From an uncultured delta proteobacterium (GTDB lineage: Bacteria; Myxococcota_A; UBA9160; UBA4427): a stretch of DNA of 64,000 nucleotides. Below are positions 1 through 9,636 of this stretch, one piece after another. Location of the stretch: NCBI GenBank assembly GCA_963822965.1, contig CAWGJT010000010.1, forward strand, positions 1,024,001 to 1,088,000, read 5' to 3'. Position 1 is the stretch's first letter. The number at the start of each line of letters is the position of its first letter. The notes below the pieces were generated by a model, which was not told the origin of the DNA, made no database searches, and saw nothing but the letters and a program-made list of their open reading frames with translations. Position numbers and translations under genes: made by a program.

Positions 1-237
1 CCAGTGGACGCCATGGTAGAGAGCGCTCGTCCCGAGCAGGCCCACGAGGCTTCCCGCGTACACGGCGGTGGCCAGGGTCGCCCGGCCGCTGGGCGCCAGA
101 GCCACCAGCAGGATGCAGGGCAGCAGCGAAACCAAGAACGCATAGCGGTGCGAGACGCCCCGCAGCCGCGGCTTGACGCGCGCAGGCACGGGTGCGGCAT
201 GCGGCTTCGCCAGGGCGTGAGAAGAACCGGAATGCAT
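1..237 (-). CDS. Hemolysin III/PAQR family membrane protein, 5' part (runs off window)
   Basis: Manual translation MHSG...KPRLRGVSHRYAFLVSLL...SALYHGVHW; KPRLRGxxH and SALYH motifs. Confidence 0.8.
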   Translation of the reverse strand, partial: MHSGSSHALAKPHAAPVPARVKPRLRGVSHRYAFLVSLLPCILLVALAPSGRATLATAVYAGSLVGLLGTSALYHGVHW

Positions 238-436
238 GGACGACCTCGTTCCGCCACGCGAGCCTAGACGACCCGTCGCCGGCCCCCGGCCAGCCCGCGG
301 CCATGCCGCGCAGCCATCCGTCACCCCGGGGGAAGCGGCGGGTCCGAGCGAGCCTTCGACTCATCGGGCGGAGTCGGGTGCAGACTGAGCGCAGCGCCGA
401 GCCCGTTCGCCGACGGCCCTGGTTCCCTCGCTGGCG

Positions 437-646
437 TCAGTCGGTCTCGTCCAGCGACAGCGCGCGGTTCGGGCAGTAGCGCACCGCGGCCTCGACCTGC
501 GACCGGAGCGCTTCGGGCGGGCTCTCGAGGATCAGCTCCACCCGGGCGTAGTCCCTCGGCCGATCCACCACCCGAAAGACCTCGGGAGCCTCGAGCTGGC
601 ACATCGCGTGCCCCTGGCACAGCTCCAGGTCGATCTTCACGCGCAT
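437..646 (-). CDS. 3Fe-4S type ferredoxin (P450 partner)
   Basis: CQGHAMC...CP motif; directly downstream of CYP51-like gene. Confidence 0.9.
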   Translation of the reverse strand: MRVKIDLELCQGHAMCQLEAPEVFRVVDRPRDYARVELILESPPEALRSQVEAAVRYCPNRALSLDETD

Positions 647-656
647 CGGCGTCGCC

Positions 657-1986
657 TCAGGCCCGGCGTCGATAGCGGAGCCGGCAGGGCTCGCTCGGCC
701 GCAGGATCAGCGAAGGCATCACGTCCTGGTAGGACTCGGGCGGGTCCACCGGCTCGAACTCGTACCGGGAGAGGAGCGCACAGAAGATCGACTTCACCTG
801 CAGGAGCGCGAAGGCGTTGCCCACGCACTTGCGGTGTCCCCCGCCGAACGGGATGTAGGCGAAGACGTTCTCCGGCTCCGGACGCGTAGGATCGAAGCGC
901 TCGGGGTCGGGATAGACCTCCGGCATCCGATGCGACACGTACGGCGAGATCACCAGGGTGTCCCCGGCCGGGAACACGCATCCCTGGTAGTCGAAGTCCC
1001 GCAGCACCCGCCGCATCAGGGTCACCAGCGGCGGGTGCAGCCGCAGCACCTCGAAGACGAAGCGGTCGAGCGCCGGAATCTCGCGCAGCGCCGCGAAGGA
1101 GAGGCCTTCTCCGCCGCCGTAGACCGAGGCCACCTGGCGCGCGATCTCCGGGACGTGCTCGGGATGACGGGCGAGCTCCACGCTGGTCCAGCTGGCCGTG
1201 TTCGAGCTCGTGTGGAAGCCCGCGAACATGATCCACACGGCCATTCCCGGGATCAGCTCGTCGGCGAGCCGGCTCCCATCGAGGTACCGGGCCTCGAGGA
1301 AGACCTGCAGCATGTCGGGATGCTCGCCGCCCGCGCGCCGACGCTCGCGGACCGTCTCCATCAGCAGATCCTGCAGGCGGGCCCTCGCGCGATCGCGCCG
1401 GGCGAAGACCTCCTCCTCTCCGTGTGCGTCGACGACGGCCGAAGGAGAGATGGCGCAGCTCGAGGTCGTGGAAGAGCGCGCCGAACTCGTCCGTCAGCTT
1501 CGCGCGGAACGTCTGGCCCATCAGGCAGTGCGTGGACGTTCGCAGGACGAGCTCCTTGAACTCCTCGTAGAAGTCCCGCTCGCCTTCGTCTCCCCAGTCG
1601 GCCACGAAGTCCTCGACCTCCTGCGCGATCACCCGGGCGTAGCCCTTCATCTTCTCGGGACGCAGGGCGTGGGTCAGGAACTTCACCTGCTGTCGTTCGA
1701 TCTCGAGCGGCGCGCCGTACTGGATGCCCTCCCCGAAGACGGGGACCATGTACTGGTAGGGCGCCGACGCGGAGAGCTGGGTGTCGGGCGCACGGAAGAC
1801 GGCCTCGTGGGCCTCGGGGCCCACCAGCAGGACGTTCCGCGACCCGCCGAGGTCGAACTCGGCCAGCGGGCCGCACTCCTTCCAGGCGCGCAGCATGAAG
1901 CGGGCGGGATTCGCGAGGAACTCCTCGTAGTGGCCGCTTCCGGGCTTCGCGCCGCTCACGGCGATCGGCTGGAGGGATGCGCTCAT
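657..1986 (-). CDS. cyp51: CYP51-like cytochrome P450 (sterol 14-alpha-demethylase family), one apparent frameshift near 1455
   Basis: N-part YQYMVPVFGEG; C-part FAGFHTSS, EVLRLHPPL, FGGGHRKCVG; colinear with mycobacterial CYP51B1 as recalled; halves join at HDLE/AISPSAVVD. Confidence 0.8.
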
Positions 1987-2080
1987 GTCGTGGCTCTCCG
2001 CTTCCCCTGCGCTCGTCTCCCGCCCCACTCCGGCACGCTCATGGACTCCTGCGGGCCCTTGGGATGCCTCCGAAGTCCGC

Positions 2081-2431
2081 TCAGTGGTCGTGGCCGGCGG
2101 GCCGCGCGGCGAGCTCGCGCTCGAGGGCCTCGAGCGCGGCATCGTCGATCCATCCCTTGTCCGTGGCGAGAGCCCGGAACGCGGAGAGCCAGCAGGCGTA
2201 GTAGTCGTAGGCGCCCTCGCCTCTCGCGGCGTCGTGGCGGTCGATGGCGTGGATCAGCCGTGACTGGAACTCGGGCCACTCGAAGCGGTCCGCCTCGTGG
2301 AGCGCCAGGGTGATCCCGAAGATGCGGCTCTGCCACGGCTCCGTGAACACCAGCTCGCCGTTCGCGCGCGGCGGCGCGGCGGACCCTTCCCGCGGCAGGA
2401 CGTGCTCCCCCGCGCTGCGCCTCCGCGTCAC
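2081..2431 (-). CDS. Nitrile hydratase accessory protein
   Basis: [26 protein letters not shown]; overlaps nthA stop. Confidence 0.85.
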   Translation of the reverse strand: MTRRRSAGEHVLPREGSAAPPRANGELVFTEPWQSRIFGITLALHEADRFEWPEFQSRLIHAIDRHDAARGEGAYDYYACWLSAFRALATDKGWIDDAALEALERELAARPAGHDH

Positions 2432-3030
2432 GCCCGGGCTCCCGGCTCGATGCGCGCGACGCCGATCATCGCGTCTCGCGTGACCCGGGCCGCGAGGGCC
2501 TCTTCGCTCTCGCCCTCGCTGCCCGCCGGTCGCTCGGGCAGGACCAGGTAGCGGATCTCGGCGCTCGAGTCCCAGACCCGCACCTCGACCTCGTCGCCGA
2601 GCACCAGCCCGAGCTCACGAAGGACGGCCCTGGGCTCGCGAACGACCCGCGACCGGTAGGCCGGGTCCTTGTACCAGGAGGGCGGCAGCCCCAGAACGGG
2701 CCAGGGATAGCAGGAGCAGAGCGTGCAGACGACGACGTTGTGCACCGTGGGGGTGTTCTCGACGACGACCAGGCGTTCTCCCTGGGGCCCGCCGAAGCCG
2801 AGCTCGGCGATCGCGGCCGTTCCGTCGGCGAGCAGGCGGCGACGGTAGTCCGCGTCCACCCAGGCGCGTGCGACGACGCGTGCTCCGTTCATCGGTCCCA
2901 CGTCTTCCTCGTAGAAGCGCACGATCGAGTCGATCGTCTCGGCCGTCACGAGGCCCTGGTCGGTGAGCAGCCTCTCCAGGGCTTCGGCGCGCAGCGCGCG
3001 GGGGTCGGGGTGGGCGTGCGATCCGCTCAT
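2428..3030 (-). CDS. nthA: Cobalt-type nitrile hydratase alpha subunit
   Basis: [18 protein letters not shown] metal-binding motif; [14 protein letters not shown]. Confidence 0.95.
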   Translation of the reverse strand: MSGSHAHPDPRALRAEALERLLTDQGLVTAETIDSIVRFYEEDVGPMNGARVVARAWVDADYRRRLLADGTAAIAELGFGGPQGERLVVVENTPTVHNVVVCTLCSCYPWPVLGLPPSWYKDPAYRSRVVREPRAVLRELGLVLGDEVEVRVWDSSAEIRYLVLPERPAGSEGESEEALAARVTRDAMIGVARIEPGARA

Positions 3031-3611
3031 GCCGGCTCCAGATAGCTCTCGAACAGATCCACGTGCACGCAGGTCCCGGGCTCGGCCGCATCGCCCCACA
3101 GCTCCTCGCCCGAGAAGCGCACGGCGTACACGGGCTCGGGGCACTCGCCCCGGCCGTGGGCGTTGGTGTCGGGCAGCACCCAGCCCCCCTGCAGGAGCAC
3201 GACGGTGCCGCGGCGAGACCGCACGTAGCCCGGCAGGCGCGAGTGACCGCTGGGATGGAGATTGCGGGTGACGACCGCGTCGCCCACCGAGAAGCGCGGC
3301 GCTCGCGAGAGCGAGCGCGCCGCCGTGCCGTCGGCGACCCGCCCCGGGCTCGGTCGCCCGCCGGCCTCCCGGACCAGGCTCTCGGCGGCCGCGAGCCAGC
3401 GACCGAAGTAGCCGTCGGCCAGGTAGGCGACGGGATCCACGCGCTCGATCGCGTGACGGAACGCATCGATGTTGAAGCAGCCCGCGCCCAGCAGCAGGGA
3501 CGCCATCGCGAAGACCCGCGGCTCCCAGGGCGCGTGGAAGACGCCCTCGTCGCGGTCTTCGAGGCCGTGTCCGAACCCGTGACGTCCGCCCAGGTCGTGG
3601 ATGCCGTCCAT
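3027..3611 (-). CDS. nthB: Nitrile hydratase beta subunit
   Basis: MDGIHDLGG start, [21 protein letters not shown]; 4-nt overlap with nthA. Confidence 0.93.
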   Translation of the reverse strand: MDGIHDLGGRHGFGHGLEDRDEGVFHAPWEPRVFAMASLLLGAGCFNIDAFRHAIERVDPVAYLADGYFGRWLAAAESLVREAGGRPSPGRVADGTAARSLSRAPRFSVGDAVVTRNLHPSGHSRLPGYVRSRRGTVVLLQGGWVLPDTNAHGRGECPEPVYAVRFSGEELWGDAAEPGTCVHVDLFESYLEPA

Positions 3612-3866
3612 GACTGGGAAGGGTACCAGCTCTGCCGGCCGCGGCCGGCCCGCGTCGCGTCTCGCAGGCCGGGATGGCGGGATCTCAGGCGATCCCGACC
3701 TGCTCTTCTCGGCGGAGAAGTGCAGCTTGCCGTCCTCGTCGACCCACTTGTACGTCTCTGAAGAGGCGGTCCCGGCCCGCCCTGCGAGGAGCCGGCGCCC
3801 CGAATGCGATAGGGTCACGGCAGTCGGCCGCACCGACCGAGCAGCGCATGGGAGGAGGTTCCCGCA

Positions 3867-5166
3867 GTGCCCAAGACCGCGGTCTTTCCGAAGAGCGAGT
3901 ACGACGCGCGACTCGCAGATCTCCGCCAGCGGATGGAGGCGCAGAACCTGCGCGGTGTGCTGGTTTCGGCCCCGGAGAACGTCTTCTACCTGACCGGGCT
4001 GGACCACCAGGGCTACTTCGCCTACGAGATGCTCGTCGTTCCCCTCGAGGGCACGCCCGATCCTCGTCACGCGGACCATGGAGAAGGCGACGGTCCGGGA
4101 CCAGGTGCCCTGGGTGTTGCACTTCGGCTACTCGGACGGGGTGGAGCCGCTGCCGGCGCCCAGGAGCGAGCGCGACGACATCGTCATGGGGGAGATCGAC
4201 GACGCGGGTCGGCCCACCGGGCTCCGCCCGTGGGAGATGAGCGCCGGCGTCGCCGTGAGCGGGCCGGTGGCCTCGGACGAGCAGATCCCGGTGGCGAAGA
4301 CGCTCGAAGCCATGCAGGCCGCCGGCCTCGACTCGGGCCGCATCGGCTTCGAGAAGCGCACGCAGTTCCTGCCCTTCCACGTCGCCGACGGAATCGTCCG
4401 CGGGCATGCCCCGGGTCGACTGGTGCGACGTCAGCGACCTCGTCAACGACTGCCGGCTCGTCCAGTCGCCCGCGCGAGCTGGAGTGCACCCGGCAAGGCG
4501 GCGCGCGTGACGGACTCGATGCTGCTGTCGGCCATCGCGACCGCCGGCGCCGGCGTGTTCGAGCGCGAGGTCATGGCGGCGGTCTATGCGGCCATGTTCC
4601 GGCGCGGCGGCACCTACCCCGGCTTCATCCCGCTGATCCGCTCGACGCGCACCATCGAGCACGAGCACGGGACGTGGACCGAGGGGGCCCTGAAGGCGCG
4701 CGACGTGCTCTTCGTCGAGCTCGCCGGCTGCGTCCGCCGCTACCACGCGCCGGCGGGCCGCCTGCTCTTCATCGGCCGCGCTCCCAGCAAGGCCTACACG
4801 ATGCAGAAGCTCTGCGAAGAGGCCATGATGAACGCCGCACGGGAGATCGGTCCCGGGGTGGTCGCCAACGACGTCTACCGCGTCTGGCAGGAGACGATCG
4901 ACGCCGCCGGGCTGCGGGGCTACAGCCGTCACCACTGCGGCTACGCGGTCGGCATCGGCTTCCCGCCCAGCTGGTCGGGTGGCGGCACCCCGCGCGGTCT
5001 TCGCAAGGGCTCGCAGATGAAGCTGGAGGCGGGGATGGTGTTCCATCTCATGTCGTGGCTGCTTCGCACCGGCCGTGGCGACTCGTTCCTGTCGGACACG
5101 ATCGTCGTCACCGACGAGGGGTGCGAGTTCCTGACGACGGTATCCCACGAGGTGACCGTCCGCTGA
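3867..5166 (+). CDS. M24 family Xaa-Pro peptidase/ectoine hydrolase-like protein, apparent frameshifts near 4058 and 4410-4490
   Basis: Creatinase-like N-terminus (EYDARL...PENVFYLTG); C-terminal HHCGYAVGIGFPPSW, LEAGMVFH. Confidence 0.8.
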
Positions 5167-5208
5167 CCCGCGGATGCGAGCGCTTTCGCCCACCGCGATC
5201 GCGCCCCG

Positions 5209-6192
5209 CTACCGGGCGTACTCGGAGAACTTCGCCAGCGACTCCCGGAGGAAGTCCTCGTAGGATCGTGGCTCGGAGGCCGGCGCGAAGGGAAGCCCGA
5301 GCGAGCGGGCGTCCATCACGAAGTCCGGGATCGGCTCGAAGAAGAACGGGATCGACAAGCGGCGGCGCTTCTCGTGGAGGACGCGGTGCCGGGTGGCGAC
5401 CAGCGCCCGCCCCGTCAGCCGCTGGAGCGCCAGCCCCGTGTTGACCACGAATGCGTCGGCGTCGGGCTCGAGGCTGCGCCAGCGCCCGTCGCTCCCCTTC
5501 ACCTGGAGCCCGCCGCGGTCGTCTTGGTGGAGCAAGGTGAGGAGGCCACTGTCGACGTGCGCCTCGCAGCAGAGCGCCGCACCGTCCTCGGCCGAGAGCG
5601 CCACGGGCCGATCGCTCTCGGGATAGAGGTTGAAGCGCAGGGTGGACAGGCTCGGCGGCCGGGCGAACGCGGCGGTCCACGCATTCCGGCCGACCGCCGA
5701 GGTCCGACGACGAGGGCGCGAAGGAGCGCCGTGGCGAGCCCGCTCAGCGAGCTTCGAAGTAGCGGGTGATCGTCTCCCACCCCTCGGCCCCCAGCAGCCT
5801 CCGGGGGACGGTTCCGCTCGTGGTACGGGCGGAGGAGGAGCGCGGGGTCGTCGAGGTACGGCTCGCCCACGTCGAGCCCTTCCTTGCCGGCCACGGAGCT
5901 GGGAAAGTAGCCGCGATAGACGTTGGGGCTCTCCGGGGTTCCAGCGGCGGGGCGCGGCGGCCAGCTTCGCCCCGTCAGGCAGGGCGAAGAAGCGTTCGGC
6001 GGCGGCCGTCGTCGCAGCGATCAGCTCCCGCGGCACCCCGTGTCCCGAGACGGTCATGAAGCCGATCTCGGCGCAGGCCGCGCGCATCCGAGCCTGGACC
6101 TCGCGCGCCGCAGGCGACTCCAGGGGGCCGTCCACGACTGCGCCGACATCGATTCGCGGGACGATGTCCCTGTGGCGGGCGGGTGCGGTCAT
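5209..6192 (-). CDS. 2OG-Fe(II) oxygenase, isopenicillin N synthase family, with compensating frameshifts at about 5700-5930
   Basis: GFMTVSGHGV, HVDSGLLTLL, ATRHRV, RLSIPFF. Confidence 0.85.
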   Translation of the reverse strand: MTAPARHRDIVPRIDVGAVVDGPLESPAAREVQARMRAACAEIGFMTVSGHGVPRELIAATTAAAERFFALPDGAKLAAAPRRWNPGEPQRLSRLLSQLRGRQGRARRGRAVPRRPRAPPPPVPRAEPSPGGCWGPRGGRRSPATSKLAERARHGAPSRPRRRTSAVGRNAWTAAFARPPSLSTLRFNLYPESDRPVALSAEDGAALCCEAHVDSGLLTLLHQDDRGGLQVKGSDGRWRSLEPDADAFVVNTGLALQRLTGRALVATRHRVLHEKRRRLSIPFFFEPIPDFVMDARSLGLPFAPASEPRSYEDFLRESLAKFSEYAR

Positions 6193-6307
6193 CTCCCGAG
6201 GCTAGCGGAAGGAGCCCGTTGGGCTCCCTTTGCGGCGGGACCGCAATGCGACAAGCAAGGACGCCTCCCGGCGCACGATCTCGACCCGGGCCGCCGCGCT
6301 ACTGGCG

Positions 6308-8350
6308 TCACCGACGTCCGGCCTGCGGGAGCCGCAGCACTCGATAGTGGTCGAATCGCGCAACCTGCCTCGCCTCCCGGGCCAGGAACGCCGCCACTCG
6401 GGGAAGCCCGTCGCGCAGGGTCTGGGAGGTACCTTCGAGGGTGTCGGACCTGCGCTCGACGATGAAGGCCTCGGGGTGGGCGCGCAGCCGGGCGATCATC
6501 GCCCCTTCGTCGAGACGAGCGGTATCTCCGGGCGACAGCATCTGCCAGCCGAGCACCGAGAGCTGGAACGCGCGGTCGGGGAAGAGATTCGGACGGCCGC
6601 TCAGGTAGAGGATCATCGCCTGATTGCAGAAGACGAAGAGCGGCGCGGCGCGGTCTTCCCGTGAGCCCAGGTAGCGCATCAGGTGCTCGAGGTCGGCGAG
6701 GTTCTGCTCGCGGTAGTCTTCCTCCGTCACCCGGAGCCCGCGCGTCGCCTCGAACGTCAGGGGTCGGGTGGCCGCCGGCCTGGTGAGCACAGAGGAGACG
6801 ACCTGCCATCCCATCCAGAGCGGGAGAAGGGCTACGACGGCGGCAACCCGCCACGGATGGCGGCTCGTCATGGGCGCTCCGGCGAGCCCCGCCCAGCGCC
6901 CGAAGACCCCGATCGCGAGCGGTACCGTGGCCGCTTGCATGGGCAGCAGGTTGTAGCCCGATCGCGGAAAGATCTGGACGACGAGGCCGCATTCGAAGAG
7001 GGCCAGCGCCACGAGCGATAAGAGGGGGCCGTGCCCGGCCTCGCGATCGCCCCGCCAGAGGGGCGCGGCGCACAGTGCAATGGCTGCGACGAGGAAGCCG
7101 AGGGCTTGAACACCGGACAACGCGTCGGGAATCGTCGGCAGGCGCTCGATGGCCTCTGCGCCGGGGACCGCGAGCAGGATGCCGCACAGGAGCGCCCCGA
7201 CCGCGACCCGGGTTCGCTTCGCCAACGCGAGCAGCAACGAAGAAACGGCGGCGACCCCCGTCGCGAACGCGGCCAGCGACGAGAGCTGGGGGAGATGGAC
7301 GCTCGCCGCGTAGTTCACCATGCGCGAGGGCAGGATGAACATGTCGTAGACGAGAACGTCGAGGGTTCCGAAGCTCGCATAGACGGCCGCCGCGAGCGCA
7401 AGCGGAGCCATCGCGCCGAGCGCCAGGGGTACCAGCCGACGCCTCACGAGGGTGCCGACCCCGACACCACCCCCCCAGCGCCATGCCCCTGCACCGACCA
7501 CCCCCATCAGGACGTGGAGCGGCAATACGTGGAGTGCGTACTCGAGCGGGGTCAGAAAACGCAGGAGCGGCGTCACGAAGAGCAGACCCCCGGCCCCCCA
7601 GAGGCCGAGCAGGGCGCGAGGGCGCGTGCCTCCGTCGGCGCTCGGCCGGGGCGTGAGCAGCGCCGCAGCCACCACGCAGAGCCCGAAGGCATGGAGGACG
7701 AAGACGCCCACGGATTGCTTGAACAGAATCGCGACACCCGCCATCGCGCCTGCGGCCGCCAGGCCCCGGGCAGAGTCGCGCCGCAATGCGGACAGCAGGA
7801 AGAGCAACGCGAAGAGCAGGAGCGGCAGCGTGAAGAGAGACGCATAGGGCGTGTTGAGATTCCACGAATCGCGTCCCCAGTAGGCGATTGCGAGCGCACT
7901 GCCGACGAGCGACAGGGGACGGCTCGCGACCTGGCGGCCCAGCAGAAACGAGGCGAAGACCGCGCTCGCTTTGAGCAGGGCCAAGAGGATCCGGACCGCG
8001 AGGATCTGTTCACCCGCGAGGTGCAGGACGAGCCCCGTGACCCACAGGACGCCCGGCCCGTAGATGTCGATCAGATCGCGGTGCGGAATCTCGCCTCCGG
8101 CGACCCGGGCGCTCATCGCATAGAGGTAGCCCTCGTCGCGGAGCTCCAGCCCGAATGGAAAGGTCAGGGAGAACCAGCCGAACGCCAGCAGGAAGAGCAG
8201 CAGCGCGCAGACGAGGTCCGGTCGGCCCGGCCACGGCCCACGGGTCGGTTCGGACCCCGCCGTGGGCGGAGCCGGCTCGCGAGGCCGCGTCGGCGCCAAC
8301 GCTGGGTCGGCGGCCGGCGGCGGCGGGGAGCCGCGCGCAAGCGGCCTCAC
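6308..8350 (-). CDS. Polytopic membrane protein, GT-C (ArnT/PMT-like) glycosyltransferase
   Basis: DEGY...GEIPHRD...YGP, LFKQSVG, many TM helices; GTG start overlaps upstream TGA. Confidence 0.7.
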   Translation of the reverse strand: MRPLARGSPPPPAADPALAPTRPREPAPPTAGSEPTRGPWPGRPDLVCALLLFLLAFGWFSLTFPFGLELRDEGYLYAMSARVAGGEIPHRDLIDIYGPGVLWVTGLVLHLAGEQILAVRILLALLKASAVFASFLLGRQVASRPLSLVGSALAIAYWGRDSWNLNTPYASLFTLPLLLFALLFLLSALRRDSARGLAAAGAMAGVAILFKQSVGVFVLHAFGLCVVAAALLTPRPSADGGTRPRALLGLWGAGGLLFVTPLLRFLTPLEYALHVLPLHVLMGVVGAGAWRWGGGVGVGTLVRRRLVPLALGAMAPLALAAAVYASFGTLDVLVYDMFILPSRMVNYAASVHLPQLSSLAAFATGVAAVSSLLLALAKRTRVAVGALLCGILLAVPGAEAIERLPTIPDALSGVQALGFLVAAIALCAAPLWRGDREAGHGPLLSLVALALFECGLVVQIFPRSGYNLLPMQAATVPLAIGVFGRWAGLAGAPMTSRHPWRVAAVVALLPLWMGWQVVSSVLTRPAATRPLTFEATRGLRVTEEDYREQNLADLEHLMRYLGSREDRAAPLFVFCNQAMILYLSGRPNLFPDRAFQLSVLGWQMLSPGDTARLDEGAMIARLRAHPEAFIVERRSDTLEGTSQTLRDGLPRVAAFLAREARQVARFDHYRVLRLPQAGRR

Positions 8351-9594
8351 GGTCGGCCTCCCGTGACCGGCAGCAGGCGACGTTCGACGAGCCCGTCCAC
8401 GATGCACGCCGCGACCTGTCGCGACAGCGCGGGCGAGTAGTGCACCTGGTCCACGTAGAGCAGCTCGCGGGCGTCTCGCTGGATCTCCGCGCACCAGATG
8501 AAGTCTTCGCCCAGGGGATGCCGTGCCGTGTACTGCCGCATCCTCGGGTAGCCCACGCGTGTCAGCTCGTGGCGTCCGAAGGAACCATCGTAGACGTGGT
8601 AGTGCAGGTCGTATCCATAGGTGGGTACGGGCTGCCATACCATCACGACGCGTGTCCCCTCGGCGGCCGCGAGCGCCTCGATCACCGCCTTGTTCCGCAC
8701 GTACCGGTCGATGATCCGGTCCGCTCGGTGCACCGCGACCCGCCGTGGGAGCTCGTCCTGCGACCCGGTGCCGAAGGTCTCGACCTCGTGTCGGTGTCTC
8801 CATGCACGGACGAGGCGCATCACGGGCACGCTCTCGAGCCCGGCCCGGAGCGGATGCTCGAGCATCGACTGCCCCTGGGCGGTCCAGGCGCTGGTGAGCT
8901 TCGGCGGGTCGTCCTGCCAGTAGAACTCGTTCAGGCCGTCGATGAAGACCACGAGATCGGGAGCGGGACCGAGCGTGATCAGCTTGTCGAGGAGGATCCG
9001 CTCCATCGTGGAGTAGAAGGCGCCCCGGGCGAAGTTGTAGACCCGCGGCGGCCGGGGCAGCCCGACCTCGGCGAGTAGAGCCTGCAGGTGCGAGGGAATC
9101 GTCTCGTCGTCGGCGACGCCGTATCCGAAAGCCGTGGAGCCTCCGAGCACGTAGACGTTGAAGTAGCGGTCCTCGGGCGGCCAGGGGCCCTGCTCTCGCC
9201 CCACGCGAAAGCCGTTCGGGTCGACATTGACGAAGCGACCGCGCGACGCCCGCTCGCGGAACTGCACCAACGCGTCGGGCTCGAAGCCGCGGCGGGTCTC
9301 CTCGCGCAAGGCCTGGCGATCCGCCTCGGGCCAGTCCGGATAGATCGTCGCAAGCGCTTCGTCCACGTAGGCGGGCTCGGCCACCCGCGACTCCGGCTTC
9401 CAGACGCGCTCCACCGCGGCGGCGATCCCGTTGATCACGAGCAGGCAGAGACAGAGGTTGGTCCAGAAGAGCGCGAGACCACGATAGAAGCCTCGCCCCC
9501 GCGATTCCGATCCCGCCTGATCCACGCGCGTACGATAGCCTCCCGCCCCGGAGGGCCCGCCAGCGGCTCGGCTATCCTCACCGATTGACCTCAC
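8347..9594 (-). CDS. SGNH/GDSL hydrolase-like membrane-anchored protein (start uncertain)
   Basis: GGSTAFGYG, DGLNE, DQVHY. Confidence 0.8.
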   Translation of the reverse strand: MRSIGEDSRAAGGPSGAGGYRTRVDQAGSESRGRGFYRGLALFWTNLCLCLLVINGIAAAVERVWKPESRVAEPAYVDEALATIYPDWPEADRQALREETRRGFEPDALVQFRERASRGRFVNVDPNGFRVGREQGPWPPEDRYFNVYVLGGSTAFGYGVADDETIPSHLQALLAEVGLPRPPRVYNFARGAFYSTMERILLDKLITLGPAPDLVVFIDGLNEFYWQDDPPKLTSAWTAQGQSMLEHPLRAGLESVPVMRLVRAWRHRHEVETFGTGSQDELPRRVAVHRADRIIDRYVRNKAVIEALAAAEGTRVVMVWQPVPTYGYDLHYHVYDGSFGRHELTRVGYPRMRQYTARHPLGEDFIWCAEIQRDARELLYVDQVHYSPALSRQVAACIVDGLVERRLLPVTGGRP

Positions 9595-9614
9595 CGATCG
9601 ACCTCACCGATCGA
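9576..9614. repeat. 3 x 13-bp tandem repeat CCTCACCGAT(T/C)GA
   Basis: Units at 9576, 9589, 9602. Confidence 0.9.
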
Positions 9615-9636
9615 CCCCGCCCATTCCGGAGGCCCC

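Noticed and set aside
1440..5950. Pseudogenes or programmed frameshifts in cyp51, the M24 hydrolase and the 2OG oxygenase
   Set aside because: Single-base indels cluster regionally across unrelated genes whose motifs are otherwise intact, which is most consistent with sequencing or assembly error; raw reads are needed to confirm.
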